The notes under the pieces: generated by a model
Told to the model about the DNA's origin: nothing
Database searches by the model: none
The model's input: only the letters and a program-made list of their open reading frames with translations
Origin: an uncultured virus (IMG/VR IMGVR_UViG_3300046791_000665)
Taxonomy: Duplodnaviria > Heunggongvirae > Uroviricota > Caudoviricetes
Direction: 5' to 3' (one strand)
DNA: 64,000 nt
IMG/VR virus record: IMGVR_UViG_3300046791_000665
Made by a program: the position numbers and the translations under genes
Shown here: positions 56,280 through 64,000 of the stretch, piece after piece
Numbering within the stretch: position 1 is the stretch's first letter
How the letters are laid out: the number at the start of each line of letters is the position of its first letter

Positions 56280-56870
56280 CGTCTACTCCCCTTTCAAAGA
56301 GAAAAACCGTAGCGTATCAAGATTCGTCGAGTCAAGTGTTTATTTCACCCTCACGCTTTCCCACCGATCGAGGCACTCCATCCGCGAACAGCACGCCGGA
56401 TAGAGAACGCCACTATCGGTGTACGGTCCCTGCGCCGTCTTCGCGCCGCAGTAGCGGCAGTTGTACTCGAACTTCTCCGCGTGGGCGAGTCGGTTCCAGG
56501 CGCGGCAAAACCAGCCGAAGAAGTAGAGCAGACGCACTCTCACAGGCAGTGGCGCGCTCACCACATCCTCACATTCCCAACGGGGAGCCTCGCCTCTCCA
56601 GGCTTCGTTGGCTTGTCGTCCTTCGCGCCCTTGCCCGGGCCGACGCCGCCGCGCTGCACGGTGAAGCGGAGCTTCGGCACCGTCGGGTCGTCCTTGGGAT
56701 CGGGTCCGGTAGGTTCAGGATTGCCGAGGCGATCGTAAAAACTCATCACCAGAATGCTGACATGGCGAGCGGTTGCCAGTCAATAAAAAACCAATCCCAC
56801 TTGACATCGGATTGGATCGCGCGTATCTCTTCTTCTCAAACAGGCTCACAGAGCCAAGTGGAGAAATCAA

Positions 56871-57314
56871 ATGAAGACGTCCAAGAAGAACGGTAGCGGC
56901 ATGGTCGGCGTGATGGCGATGCTCAGCCCGGCGCGCAAGCGCGAGATCCTCGACGAGGTATCCGGCGAGCAGCTGTCCAAGATCTTCGCCAAAGCGAAGA
57001 CCGTCGGCACCTTCCTCGCCGCCGTGCAGGCGCACCCGCAGGCGGAGCACATCCGGTCCCTGCCGATGGTGCGTCCCGCCAACGCTCTGCCCCAGAACGG
57101 CGTCCACAGGCCCAGGCGCCGCGTCCTCGGCGACGCTCTGCTCGGGCAGGTGCTCGCGATCGTGAAGAAGAACCCGGGCTCGCGCAGCGAGGTGCTGCAG
57201 CAGAAGACCGACATCGATCGGAAGACCTGGAAGGCCGCGCTCACGAAGCTCCGCGCGACCAAGCAGGTGAAGACGCGCGGCAACCGGCGGGCGACGACCT
57301 ACACCGCAGCCTAG
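56871..57314 (+). CDS. basic winged-HTH DNA-binding protein
   Basis: VKKNPGSRSEVL..LTKLRATKQVKTRGNRRATTY; TTGACA at 56801. Confidence 0.65.
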   Translation: MKTSKKNGSGMVGVMAMLSPARKREILDEVSGEQLSKIFAKAKTVGTFLAAVQAHPQAEHIRSLPMVRPANALPQNGVHRPRRRVLGDALLGQVLAIVKKNPGSRSEVLQQKTDIDRKTWKAALTKLRATKQVKTRGNRRATTYTAA

Positions 57315-57550
57315 TCGCCGCTCTTCTTCTCGGGCCACCCCTCCCTCACCCACGACTCCAGAATCTCCCGCACCTTCGGATCCCGGAGCGCCTCCCGCGC
57401 GATCCGCCGCACCTCCTCCTTCTCGCGCCTGAGATCCGCCACCGCCTCGAACTCCGAATTGCCGTGCCCCATCAGCCCGAACGGCTCGTTCTGCGCGTAC
57501 CACGTCACGCGCTCGCCGATGGAAGATCTCCAGGTGCGGAGCTTGCTCAC
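57311..57550 (-). CDS. hypothetical protein
   Basis: Coupled ORF. Confidence 0.45.
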   Translation of the reverse strand: MSKLRTWRSSIGERVTWYAQNEPFGLMGHGNSEFEAVADLRREKEEVRRIAREALRDPKVREILESWVREGWPEKKSGD

Positions 57551-58185
57551 TTCACCCTCACAAGCTCTCCCGTACTCACCTTGAAGCGCAAACCGTGTCC
57601 TGGACAGGTCACGACCCCGTCGCGAATAGGAAGTCCGTTGAGGGGCGTCCCGCGATGCGGGCAGGTCCGACAGTCGCGTTTCCGATGCTGTGCGTAGGCG
57701 TTCTCCAACTCGCGCACAAAGGGGAGCAGCGTGTTGCCGATGCGTGACGGATAGTCGGGCATCTTGCGGAGGCAGCGCAACCTGCGCAGCGATGTCTTGA
57801 ACGGTTCAGCAGCGTTCAGATAGGGAATCACCGCGAGCATCGCGTATCGAGGACGCAACTTCTTCTTGATGCGCGGAAGTGGGGGTATGTCGTCGTACAC
57901 CGGTTCGATACCGAGCTTCTTTCCGTGCACGCGCTCCACTTCTGCCATGAGACCGTCGATGATCTCTGGTGCTAGAAAGCGCAGGTCGTAATGCCAGTGC
58001 TCCTCGGGAAACTTGATGATGTCCGCGTCCTCGTGGGCGGGACCGAGGACGGGCACGATGTGCTCGTCGTTATCGAGCCCGGGGCCGTTAACCCATCTGG
58101 GAAGCCGGGTCACGCACGGCACCATGTACTCGCGCCCTACCTCGACGACGTCACAATCGCTGACGAGCGGAGCCTCGCCTTTCAT
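57547..58185 (-). CDS. protein with C-terminal Rieske [2Fe-2S]-like motif
   Basis: TCPHRGTPL...VTCPGHGLRF. Confidence 0.75.
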   Translation of the reverse strand: MKGEAPLVSDCDVVEVGREYMVPCVTRLPRWVNGPGLDNDEHIVPVLGPAHEDADIIKFPEEHWHYDLRFLAPEIIDGLMAEVERVHGKKLGIEPVYDDIPPLPRIKKKLRPRYAMLAVIPYLNAAEPFKTSLRRLRCLRKMPDYPSRIGNTLLPFVRELENAYAQHRKRDCRTCPHRGTPLNGLPIRDGVVTCPGHGLRFKVSTGELVRVK

Positions 58186-58186
58186 C

Positions 58187-58642
58187 CTACGCCGCCATCG
58201 CGAAGCGCGGGCGCGCGAACATCTCCAAGTACATGTCGACCAACTCCCGCGCTTCCTTGTCCGCCGCGTAGAGCCCGAGCATCCAGACCTCTTTGTGGAG
58301 ATCCCCGAGCCGAACAATCTCCTCGTCGAGGATGCGGTCGACCTCATCGATCGTGCGCCAGGGGCGACTGTCGATCAAGCGCTTCCCACCATCTTCGTAA
58401 AACGAGCGGATCTCGCCCGCGTAGCTCGGCGCGTAGAGCGCGAGCAGCCAGTCGAGCACGCTCCGGAACTCCGACTCGTCGACGATCCCGCGGAGGAGCG
58501 CGAGCCCGCGCTGGTGCCGCGACTCCTTCAGCCGCGCCTCGGTGCGCACGAGGCAGGACTCGAGGAACTCAGATTCGAGCCCGAGCTTCTGGACGAGGGT
58601 CTGTCGGAGTTCGAGGTTCTGGACGAGGCGGAGGGACATCAT
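58187..58642 (-). CDS. hypothetical protein, leaderless, with Leu/Gln-rich N-terminus
   Basis: Promoter TTGACA-17-TAGGCT at 58677-58649. Confidence 0.65.
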   Translation of the reverse strand: MMSLRLVQNLELRQTLVQKLGLESEFLESCLVRTEARLKESRHQRGLALLRGIVDESEFRSVLDWLLALYAPSYAGEIRSFYEDGGKRLIDSRPWRTIDEVDRILDEEIVRLGDLHKEVWMLGLYAADKEARELVDMYLEMFARPRFAMAA

Positions 58643-58648
58643 GGGCGG

Positions 58649-58677
58649 AGCCTACAATCTTTCGTGTTTGTTGTCAA
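58649..58677 (-). promoter_or_regulatory. sigma70-type promoter TTGACA-17-TAGGCT
   Basis: TTGACAacaaacacgaaagattgTAGGCT on minus strand. Confidence 0.7.
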
Positions 58678-59142
58678 CTACACGTACGGCGAGCACACCG
58701 CCGCCATCATCGACAGCGTGAACGCCGCGCGTCTGCGCTTCGAACGATCGGGTAGCCCCCAGGACCAGATCGCCCGCGCCATCGGATCGCGCGAGAGCCG
58801 CAGGAGGACGAGCGCCTCGACGAACGCCTCCGCGCCCGCGCGCTCGAGGCGTCGACCCCGCTCGTACTCCCGCTGCGCGCGGCTCACGGTAACTTCTCGA
58901 CGCGCGTGACCTTGTACTCGCCGTGCTCTCCGGCCGTGACGCCGAAGCTGCCGAGCGCCTCTTCGACGGCCTCCGCCTCGGTCGCGATGCCGAACACGGA
59001 GATCGGATAGACTTCGTCCTCCTCGATCACGCGCACGTACACGACCCAGTTCGGCCCCCGCGACTCGCCCCCGCGACTCTTCGATCTCCAAGATCTTCAT
59101 CACTGAAAAATCTACCACGCGAATGTTTCTGACACAATCCCC

Positions 59143-59172
59143 TTGACAGGTTCCTGATCGAGCGGTTACACC
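59143..59172 (+). promoter_or_regulatory. putative sigma70 promoter for the RAMP-like gene
   Basis: TTGACA-18-TACACC; AGGGAGG RBS before ATG 59208. Confidence 0.5.
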
Positions 59173-59207
59173 TGGAACGTTGCAGTAAACTCCAAGGGAG
59201 GAAAGCG

Positions 59208-60149
59208 ATGAGCGAGATGACGACCGGCAATGGAAGCACCGACAAGAAACCGAAGAAGCCCGCGCCCGAGATCACGAAGGTCACCGTGCAGCCGAAGAAG
59301 GCGACGGACTGGGGCGCGCTCCTCGCCTCCGCCGCCGCCGACCACTGGCGCACCCTCCGCGTGACCGTGCGCGTCCGCGAGAAGCTCCTCGCCGGCAAGC
59401 CCGCGCAACTCGACGCGGCCAAGGCGATGCTGAAGGCCCGCGGCCTCGAAGACAAGATCGAGGCGCTTCGCATCACCGACTCGAACGCGCTCAAGCTCGC
59501 GGCGGCGGCGGCGGGCGTCACCGACGCCCTCGCCACGCCCGAGACCGCCCAGGAGGTCGCGGAGGCGGCCAGCGAGACGGTCGACGAGGGGCTCTGCGAA
59601 TTCCACCGCCGCGAGGGGCGTCCCGGGCTCTGGATGCCGGCCAACAACGTGAAGGCGATGCTGAAGGAGAACTGGAGCGTGCTCGGCTACCGCGTCGAGC
59701 ACCGCGGCTCGCGCGGCGCGATGGCGGAGGGTGTCTTCGTCTTCGGCGTCGACGCGAAGGACAAGGACTGGATCCGGCTCTCCGAGAAGAGCGCGCCCGA
59801 CGCCGTCGAGGTCGCGGTCTCGCACACGACGGGGCCGAAGGGCCCGGTCTCGTCCATCAAGCGCCACGAGTACCTCCTCCGCCCGACCGTCACCTTCGAC
59901 ATCGCGATGGCGGTGCTGGCGGTGCACGAGCCGAAGAAGGCGGACGCGAAGAAGAGCGAGTCCGAGGGCGACGCCGAGACCAAGTCGAAGATCGGCCGCC
60001 TGAAGATCCCGGACGACGCGCTGGCGCGGACGCTGGTCCACGCCGCCGAGCACGGCCTCGGAGCCTGCCGCTCGCAGGGGCACGGGCGCTTCGACATCGT
60101 CTCCGTCGAGGAGACCGGCTCGAAGAGCGAGTCCGAAATCGCGAAGTAG
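59208..60149 (+). CDS. stand-alone Cas7-group/RAMP-like protein
   Basis: N-terminal strand LRVTVRVREKLLAG; LWMPANNVKAMLKE (cf. RAMP IPGSSLKGxLR); C-terminal Gly-rich loop GLGACRSQGHGRF. Confidence 0.75.
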   Translation: MSEMTTGNGSTDKKPKKPAPEITKVTVQPKKATDWGALLASAAADHWRTLRVTVRVREKLLAGKPAQLDAAKAMLKARGLEDKIEALRITDSNALKLAAAAAGVTDALATPETAQEVAEAASETVDEGLCEFHRREGRPGLWMPANNVKAMLKENWSVLGYRVEHRGSRGAMAEGVFVFGVDAKDKDWIRLSEKSAPDAVEVAVSHTTGPKGPVSSIKRHEYLLRPTVTFDIAMAVLAVHEPKKADAKKSESEGDAETKSKIGRLKIPDDALARTLVHAAEHGLGACRSQGHGRFDIVSVEETGSKSESEIAK

Positions 60150-60168
60150 GGGAGCGGCGAACCCCGGG

Positions 60169-60202
60169 CGCCCCGCGCGGCTGCGACAGAGCGCGCGGGG
60201 CG
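60169..60202 (+). promoter_or_regulatory. GC-rich hairpin at the head of the array
   Basis: CGCCCCGCGCG/CGCGCGGGGCG 11-bp stem enclosing a GCGAC; no U-tract. Confidence 0.7.
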
Positions 60203-60224
60203 GGACACGCCAGAGTGACGATCC

Positions 60225-61232
60225 GCGACGGTTCTACCCCATTTGAGCCCTGCCTGAGCAGCGCGACGACCCTCAGCCCGCACTCTCGGAACGACCCGTC
60301 GCGACGCGTCATTCCCGCACTATTCACAGCGACACACCTAGCAGAGTCGGGCGCTGCCTCACCGCCCCGCACCAGAGCGACGCTGCTCTCCAAGCATGGC
60401 CATCTCCAGGCGACGGCCCTACCTAGCTCTCGACCTGTCCTGGACTGAGCGACGAGACGAGTCCGTCGATCGCAATCCGTTGCGACAAGACGATCCAACC
60501 CGTTTCACGTCCAGCCACGGGTCCGTCTCAACGTGACACGTCGAGCATGGTCCAGCCGCCGCGACGAGCGCAGCCAGTCCTGACTCACCTCTCCCGCCGC
60601 CAGCGCGACAGTCCATCGCTATGCTGTCCGGCGCGACGATTCAGCACAGGTCGGGTTCCAGCCCGTACCGGCGCGACGCTTCATCCCAGGACAAGTCGGG
60701 ACTAGTCGGCGCGACGGTTCTTGCCGCGCGAGACCAATAACCGTACCGACCCGCAGCGACGAGCCGTTCCCTCCCTGTCTCACGTCGCTCCACAGCCGCA
60801 GCGACAAGCAAGGACAAACCGATTCCAGTCTCCGCGACATGCCCGCGCATTCGCAAGCCAACGTGACTTTTCATCCCAACTCCGCCCGCAGCCAAGTCCT
60901 CGCGACGTTGCACGTCTATCGAGGCCATTCCCCGTCGGGCCAACGCGACTACCCCACCCGACCTCCCGCGATCCCGATCGCCGCGACTTGTCAAGCCGAC
61001 CCCTGCGCGACCCAGCGCGACATGCCATCGCGATTCAAGATCGCCGCGATCCGCAGCGACATGCCCACCCGTTCCAGCCGCCGCGACGAGCCCGTTCGTA
61101 CCGTACGCGCGCCCCATTCAGTGCGACTATTCTCCCCACACCATCTCATTTCCGTCCGCCGCGACTACCCGTGACGTACCGTTACGGCTCCGCGCGACAT
61201 GCCCAGCCACCACCGATCATAACGACCGCGAC
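60225..61232 (+). repeat. non-coding array of ~27 units GCGAC+(NNNNC)n+NNN; candidate guide-RNA array
   Basis: 28 GYGAC anchors spaced 27-51 nt, mostly 28/33/38/43/48; C at every 5th position. Confidence 0.85.
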
Positions 61233-61267
61233 CGCGCTCCCCCGATCGATCGCTCGAGGAGTAAAAA

Positions 61268-61516
61268 ATGAAATTTAGAGGAGCCCCGATGCCCACCGTC
61301 CACCTCGACCGCCGCCGCGTCAGCGCCGTGCTCGCGCTCCGCGACCTCTCCTTCACCGACCTCGCCCGCCGCGCGCGGGTCACCCCGCAGCACCTGCGCC
61401 TCGTCCTGCGCGGCAGGCGCGGGGCCTCCCCGGACCTCCTCCGCGCCGCCAGGAAGGTGCTCGGGAAGCCGGGCTGGGCGTTCGCCGCCGGGGAGGTGGA
61501 TTCGATCAGCGACTAG
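61268..61516 (+). CDS. XRE-type HTH protein
   Basis: LSFTDLARRARVTPQHLRLVLRGRR. Confidence 0.75.
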   Translation: MKFRGAPMPTVHLDRRRVSAVLALRDLSFTDLARRARVTPQHLRLVLRGRRGASPDLLRAARKVLGKPGWAFAAGEVDSISD

Positions 61517-61953
61517 GACGCGCCCTTCCCGCTCTTCCTCTCGTCGAACTCGGACAGGGCCCTCGCCGCCCGCGCCACCTCCTCCACGAGCGACTCCCGC
61601 GTCACGGTCGCGGCCCGAAGCTCGATCACCACCGCGTTCGGCAAGCGGTCCGGGCCCCCGTCGAGCACGCACACGCTCGGGTTCTTCTCATTGCGCTCGA
61701 TCGCGCACTTCTCGCAGCAGAAGATCTTGGCGTTCGCGTTCCACCAGCGCGCGTTGCCGCTCAGGCACCCGCTCGAGCTACCGCACCGGCCGCCCCGCAC
61801 GCCCCCGGGCGCGTCGACGGCCTCGCTGCCCCAGGCGAGCAGGAGTTCGCGCCCCTTCCTCGACAGGCTCGTATTCGAGCGGTGAGCCGCTTCTGCGAGG
61901 AGCGCCTGCTCCGCCTCGGTCACGAGCACCTGCACGACCTTGTCCTTCCTCAT
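61513..61953 (-). CDS. RHH-like N-terminus plus Cys-rich domain
   Basis: KVVQVLVTEAEQALLAEAAHRSNTSLSR; CCEKC. Confidence 0.55.
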   Translation of the reverse strand: MRKDKVVQVLVTEAEQALLAEAAHRSNTSLSRKGRELLLAWGSEAVDAPGGVRGGRCGSSSGCLSGNARWWNANAKIFCCEKCAIERNEKNPSVCVLDGGPDRLPNAVVIELRAATVTRESLVEEVARAARALSEFDERKSGKGAS

Positions 61954-62117
61954 GGCGCCCACCGTGCCGGAAATTCCTACATATGTCAACTAGTAGGTTT
62001 TAAACGTGTAAAGCCTGATAAACGCTACTAGGTACTCGTTTAGCAGCCTCTGACCTATATATGTTCACATGTAGCTGTACGCTATATAGGCTAGGTATAT
62101 AGCCTGAGGTCGCACCG

Positions 62118-62451
62118 CAACCTCCGAGGTTGCGAGGTTGCGCTGAAAAAGGTTGTAGAGGCTAAACCCCGCGCCGCCAGCTGGAAATTCGACAACTCCC
62201 GCAACCTCTTCGATTTTTTCGACCTTTCTGGGGGAACCCTCGATTGTCTATTAGTTGCCCCTAATATATGTAGCTCTACAACCTCCAACGATATTAACTC
62301 TCAAAAGGTTGTAGTCCTATATAGAAAAAAGCGGTATATACCCCTTCCTAAAAGACTTCTTCAAAAAGGTTGCAGAGGTTGTAGAGGTTGTAAAGATCCA
62401 GCAATATCTTTGAGGTTTTTGACCTACAACCTCGGTCCCAACCTACAACCT
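62118..62451. repeat. AT-rich region with 13 AGGTTG iterons in both orientations; candidate replication origin
   Basis: AGGTTG at 62127, 62135, 62150, 62306, 62367, 62376, 62385; CAACCT at 62118, 62202, 62279, 62427, 62439, 62446. Confidence 0.7.
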
Positions 62452-63059
62452 TTTTTTCCAACGGTGTTTTAGGGGGCCGGCGCCCCCGCAAAAACAGCTG
62501 TTTCTATATTTCTAGAACTTTACCGTATTTTTGAATTAGAACTCGGACTCTCGGACCCTCCAGTGACGCTGCCCCCGTTCTCAGCCGGCGCGCACCGCTC
62601 ATTCGCAAACTGCAAACGATCGGCAACGATTCCGCATCGTTCCGCCGTCGAAGATGTTCGAAAAAGTTGACACGCTCCGACCGCGCGGTGTACAAGCACT
62701 CGACCTGCCGCGATCTGCTACGCGAGGCGATCGCGGCGGCGACAAGAGAAACGAACGAACTGGGTGGGCTCCTCCAAGGGCAGCACGGGGGGCGCGCGCA
62801 GGGAAAAGTCGGAGAAAGTCGGGCGCTCCCCACCCGGCAACACCTGACCGACCCGGCGCGCGGCCCGGCGCGCGCCCCACGCGGTGCCCTTGGAGACAAG
62901 AGACCATGCCGACTCTACCGCACCGCATCTCGCACCTGTACTCGTTCCCGCGGACCCCCTCCAAGAAAATCTCGAAGTAGCGCGCTGATCCATGAATAGC
63001 GCGTTCAAACGCCGCGAGAGCGGCGCGGAGCCCTGTCGCCTCTATGGGGCGCAGCATTG

Positions 63060-64000
63060 ATGTCGGCAGCGTCCGAGACGCCTCCGGTGACGCCTGCGCC
63101 GCCCCCGGCGGTCGTGCAGGCGGCAGCCGACGACAAGTTCGAGATCGTCTTCTACCGCGACCAGGAGTCGACCGCCCCGGGACACTGCAGCATTTCCTGG
63201 GAGCGCTTCGCAGAGTTCGTCACCACCTGCGCGGAGGCGAGCCCCTGCACCGTCGCCGATGGTCCGTTCAAGTGCGCGGGGAAGAAGTGCGTCTACAAGA
63301 GCCACTCGGCGCTCCCCGCGAACGCCGACAACAACATGGCCTGGGCCCCGACCGAAATCGAGGGCAGCCGCCTCGACAAGAACGTCCGCTTCCTCACGGC
63401 CCTGGTACTCGACTTCGACCACGTCTCGTGGAGCGTCGGCGAGGCGATCGACGAGAAACTCTCCGCCTGGGAGCACATCGCCCACACGACCCACAACCAT
63501 CGCGGCGGGGACGACAACTGCCTCCGCCACATCCTCCGCCTCTCGCGGAAGGTGCACGCGAACCAGTGGCACCGCTTCCTCCCCGCCGCGATCGCCTACC
63601 TCGGCGTGACCGTCGACAACGGCGAGGGCGAGCGCCAGCCCGATCCGACCTGCAAGAACCGCTCGAGGTTCTACTATCTGCCGTCCCACCCCGGCGATGC
63701 CCCCCGCGGCGCCGCCCGCGTGCCCGGCAAGGTGCTCGACGTGGACGAGGTGCTCTCGTGGGCGGAGCAGCACCTGCCCATGCCCGCGCCATTCGACGAC
63801 TCGGTGCGCGAGGCGCTGCCCGAGATCTCGGACTGGGACCTCGACGGTCCGGACATCCTGGAGGCGATCGACCTCGCGTCGAACTATTTCCCGACGAGGC
63901 GGCGCCACGAGTTCGCTGCCGCCCTGGCCGGAATGTTGCGCCGGGCCGGAGCCTCTGAAGACGACGCGCGCTGGCTCGTGCGCGAGATCTGTGTCCGGGG
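63060..64000 (+). CDS. AEP-superfamily primase (probable primase-helicase N-terminus), runs off window end
   Basis: Own translation: ALVLDFD, HTTHNH, LRHILRLSRKV, DPTCKNRSRFYYLP. Confidence 0.8.
   Translation, partial: MSAASETPPVTPAPPPAVVQAAADDKFEIVFYRDQESTAPGHCSISWERFAEFVTTCAEASPCTVADGPFKCAGKKCVYKSHSALPANADNNMAWAPTEIEGSRLDKNVRFLTALVLDFDHVSWSVGEAIDEKLSAWEHIAHTTHNHRGGDDNCLRHILRLSRKVHANQWHRFLPAAIAYLGVTVDNGEGERQPDPTCKNRSRFYYLPSHPGDAPRGAARVPGKVLDVDEVLSWAEQHLPMPAPFDDSVREALPEISDWDLDGPDILEAIDLASNYFPTRRRHEFAAALAGMLRRAGASEDDARWLVREICVR

Noticed and set aside
60225..61232. Classical CRISPR array or TIGR-type array
   Set aside because: No 23-47-bp direct repeat, no constant unit length, no box C/D-like motifs, and the adjacent protein is not Nop-like. 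Only a 5-bp anchor is conserved.
60215..61278. ORFs called across the array (60215..60448, 60641..61117, 60721..61278 etc.)
   Set aside because: Low-complexity R/P/S/A translations with no RBS or GC3 bias. The 5-nt periodicity argues for non-coding function.
63042..63958. ORF-track calls 63042..63908 (-) and 63044..63958 (+)
   Set aside because: The real gene is the primase frame starting at 63060. It lacks a stop in the window and so is absent from the track.

Overview
High-GC window that reads as part of a large virus or provirus genome. A myxobacterial-type host is a tentative inference. No terminase, portal, tail or integrase gene is recognisable. Layout: (1) 1-6 kb, small ORFs behind two duplicated near-consensus sigma70 promoters, plus GH75-like and RlpA-like cell-wall enzymes. 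(2) 6.1-19.2 kb, a translationally coupled modification island (AsnB, several methyltransferases, radical SAM, glycosyltransferases); one GT gene is split by an intron-less GIY-YIG endonuclease. (3) 19-30 kb, a DUF6745 pair, a RadA-like ATPase, HTH genes and an SF2 helicase with 8 C-terminal repeats. (4) 30.6-47.7 kb, a minus-strand putative virion module: many membrane-anchored proteins sharing a Y-x-x-G-L-D-x-L-G motif, a transglutaminase-like Cys protease and a candidate jelly-roll capsid protein. (5) 48-59 kb, a second RadA-like ATPase, a complete tmRNA, and a DIP1984-like gene followed by a structured ncRNA with 7-nt periodicity. (6) 59.2-61.3 kb, the top candidate novel system: a stand-alone Cas7/RAMP-like gene followed by a ~1-kb non-coding array of ~27 units built as GCGAC+(NNNNC)n+NNN. 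(7) An iteron-rich origin candidate and an AEP primase running off the end. All protein family calls come from motif recognition by eye, not database searches.
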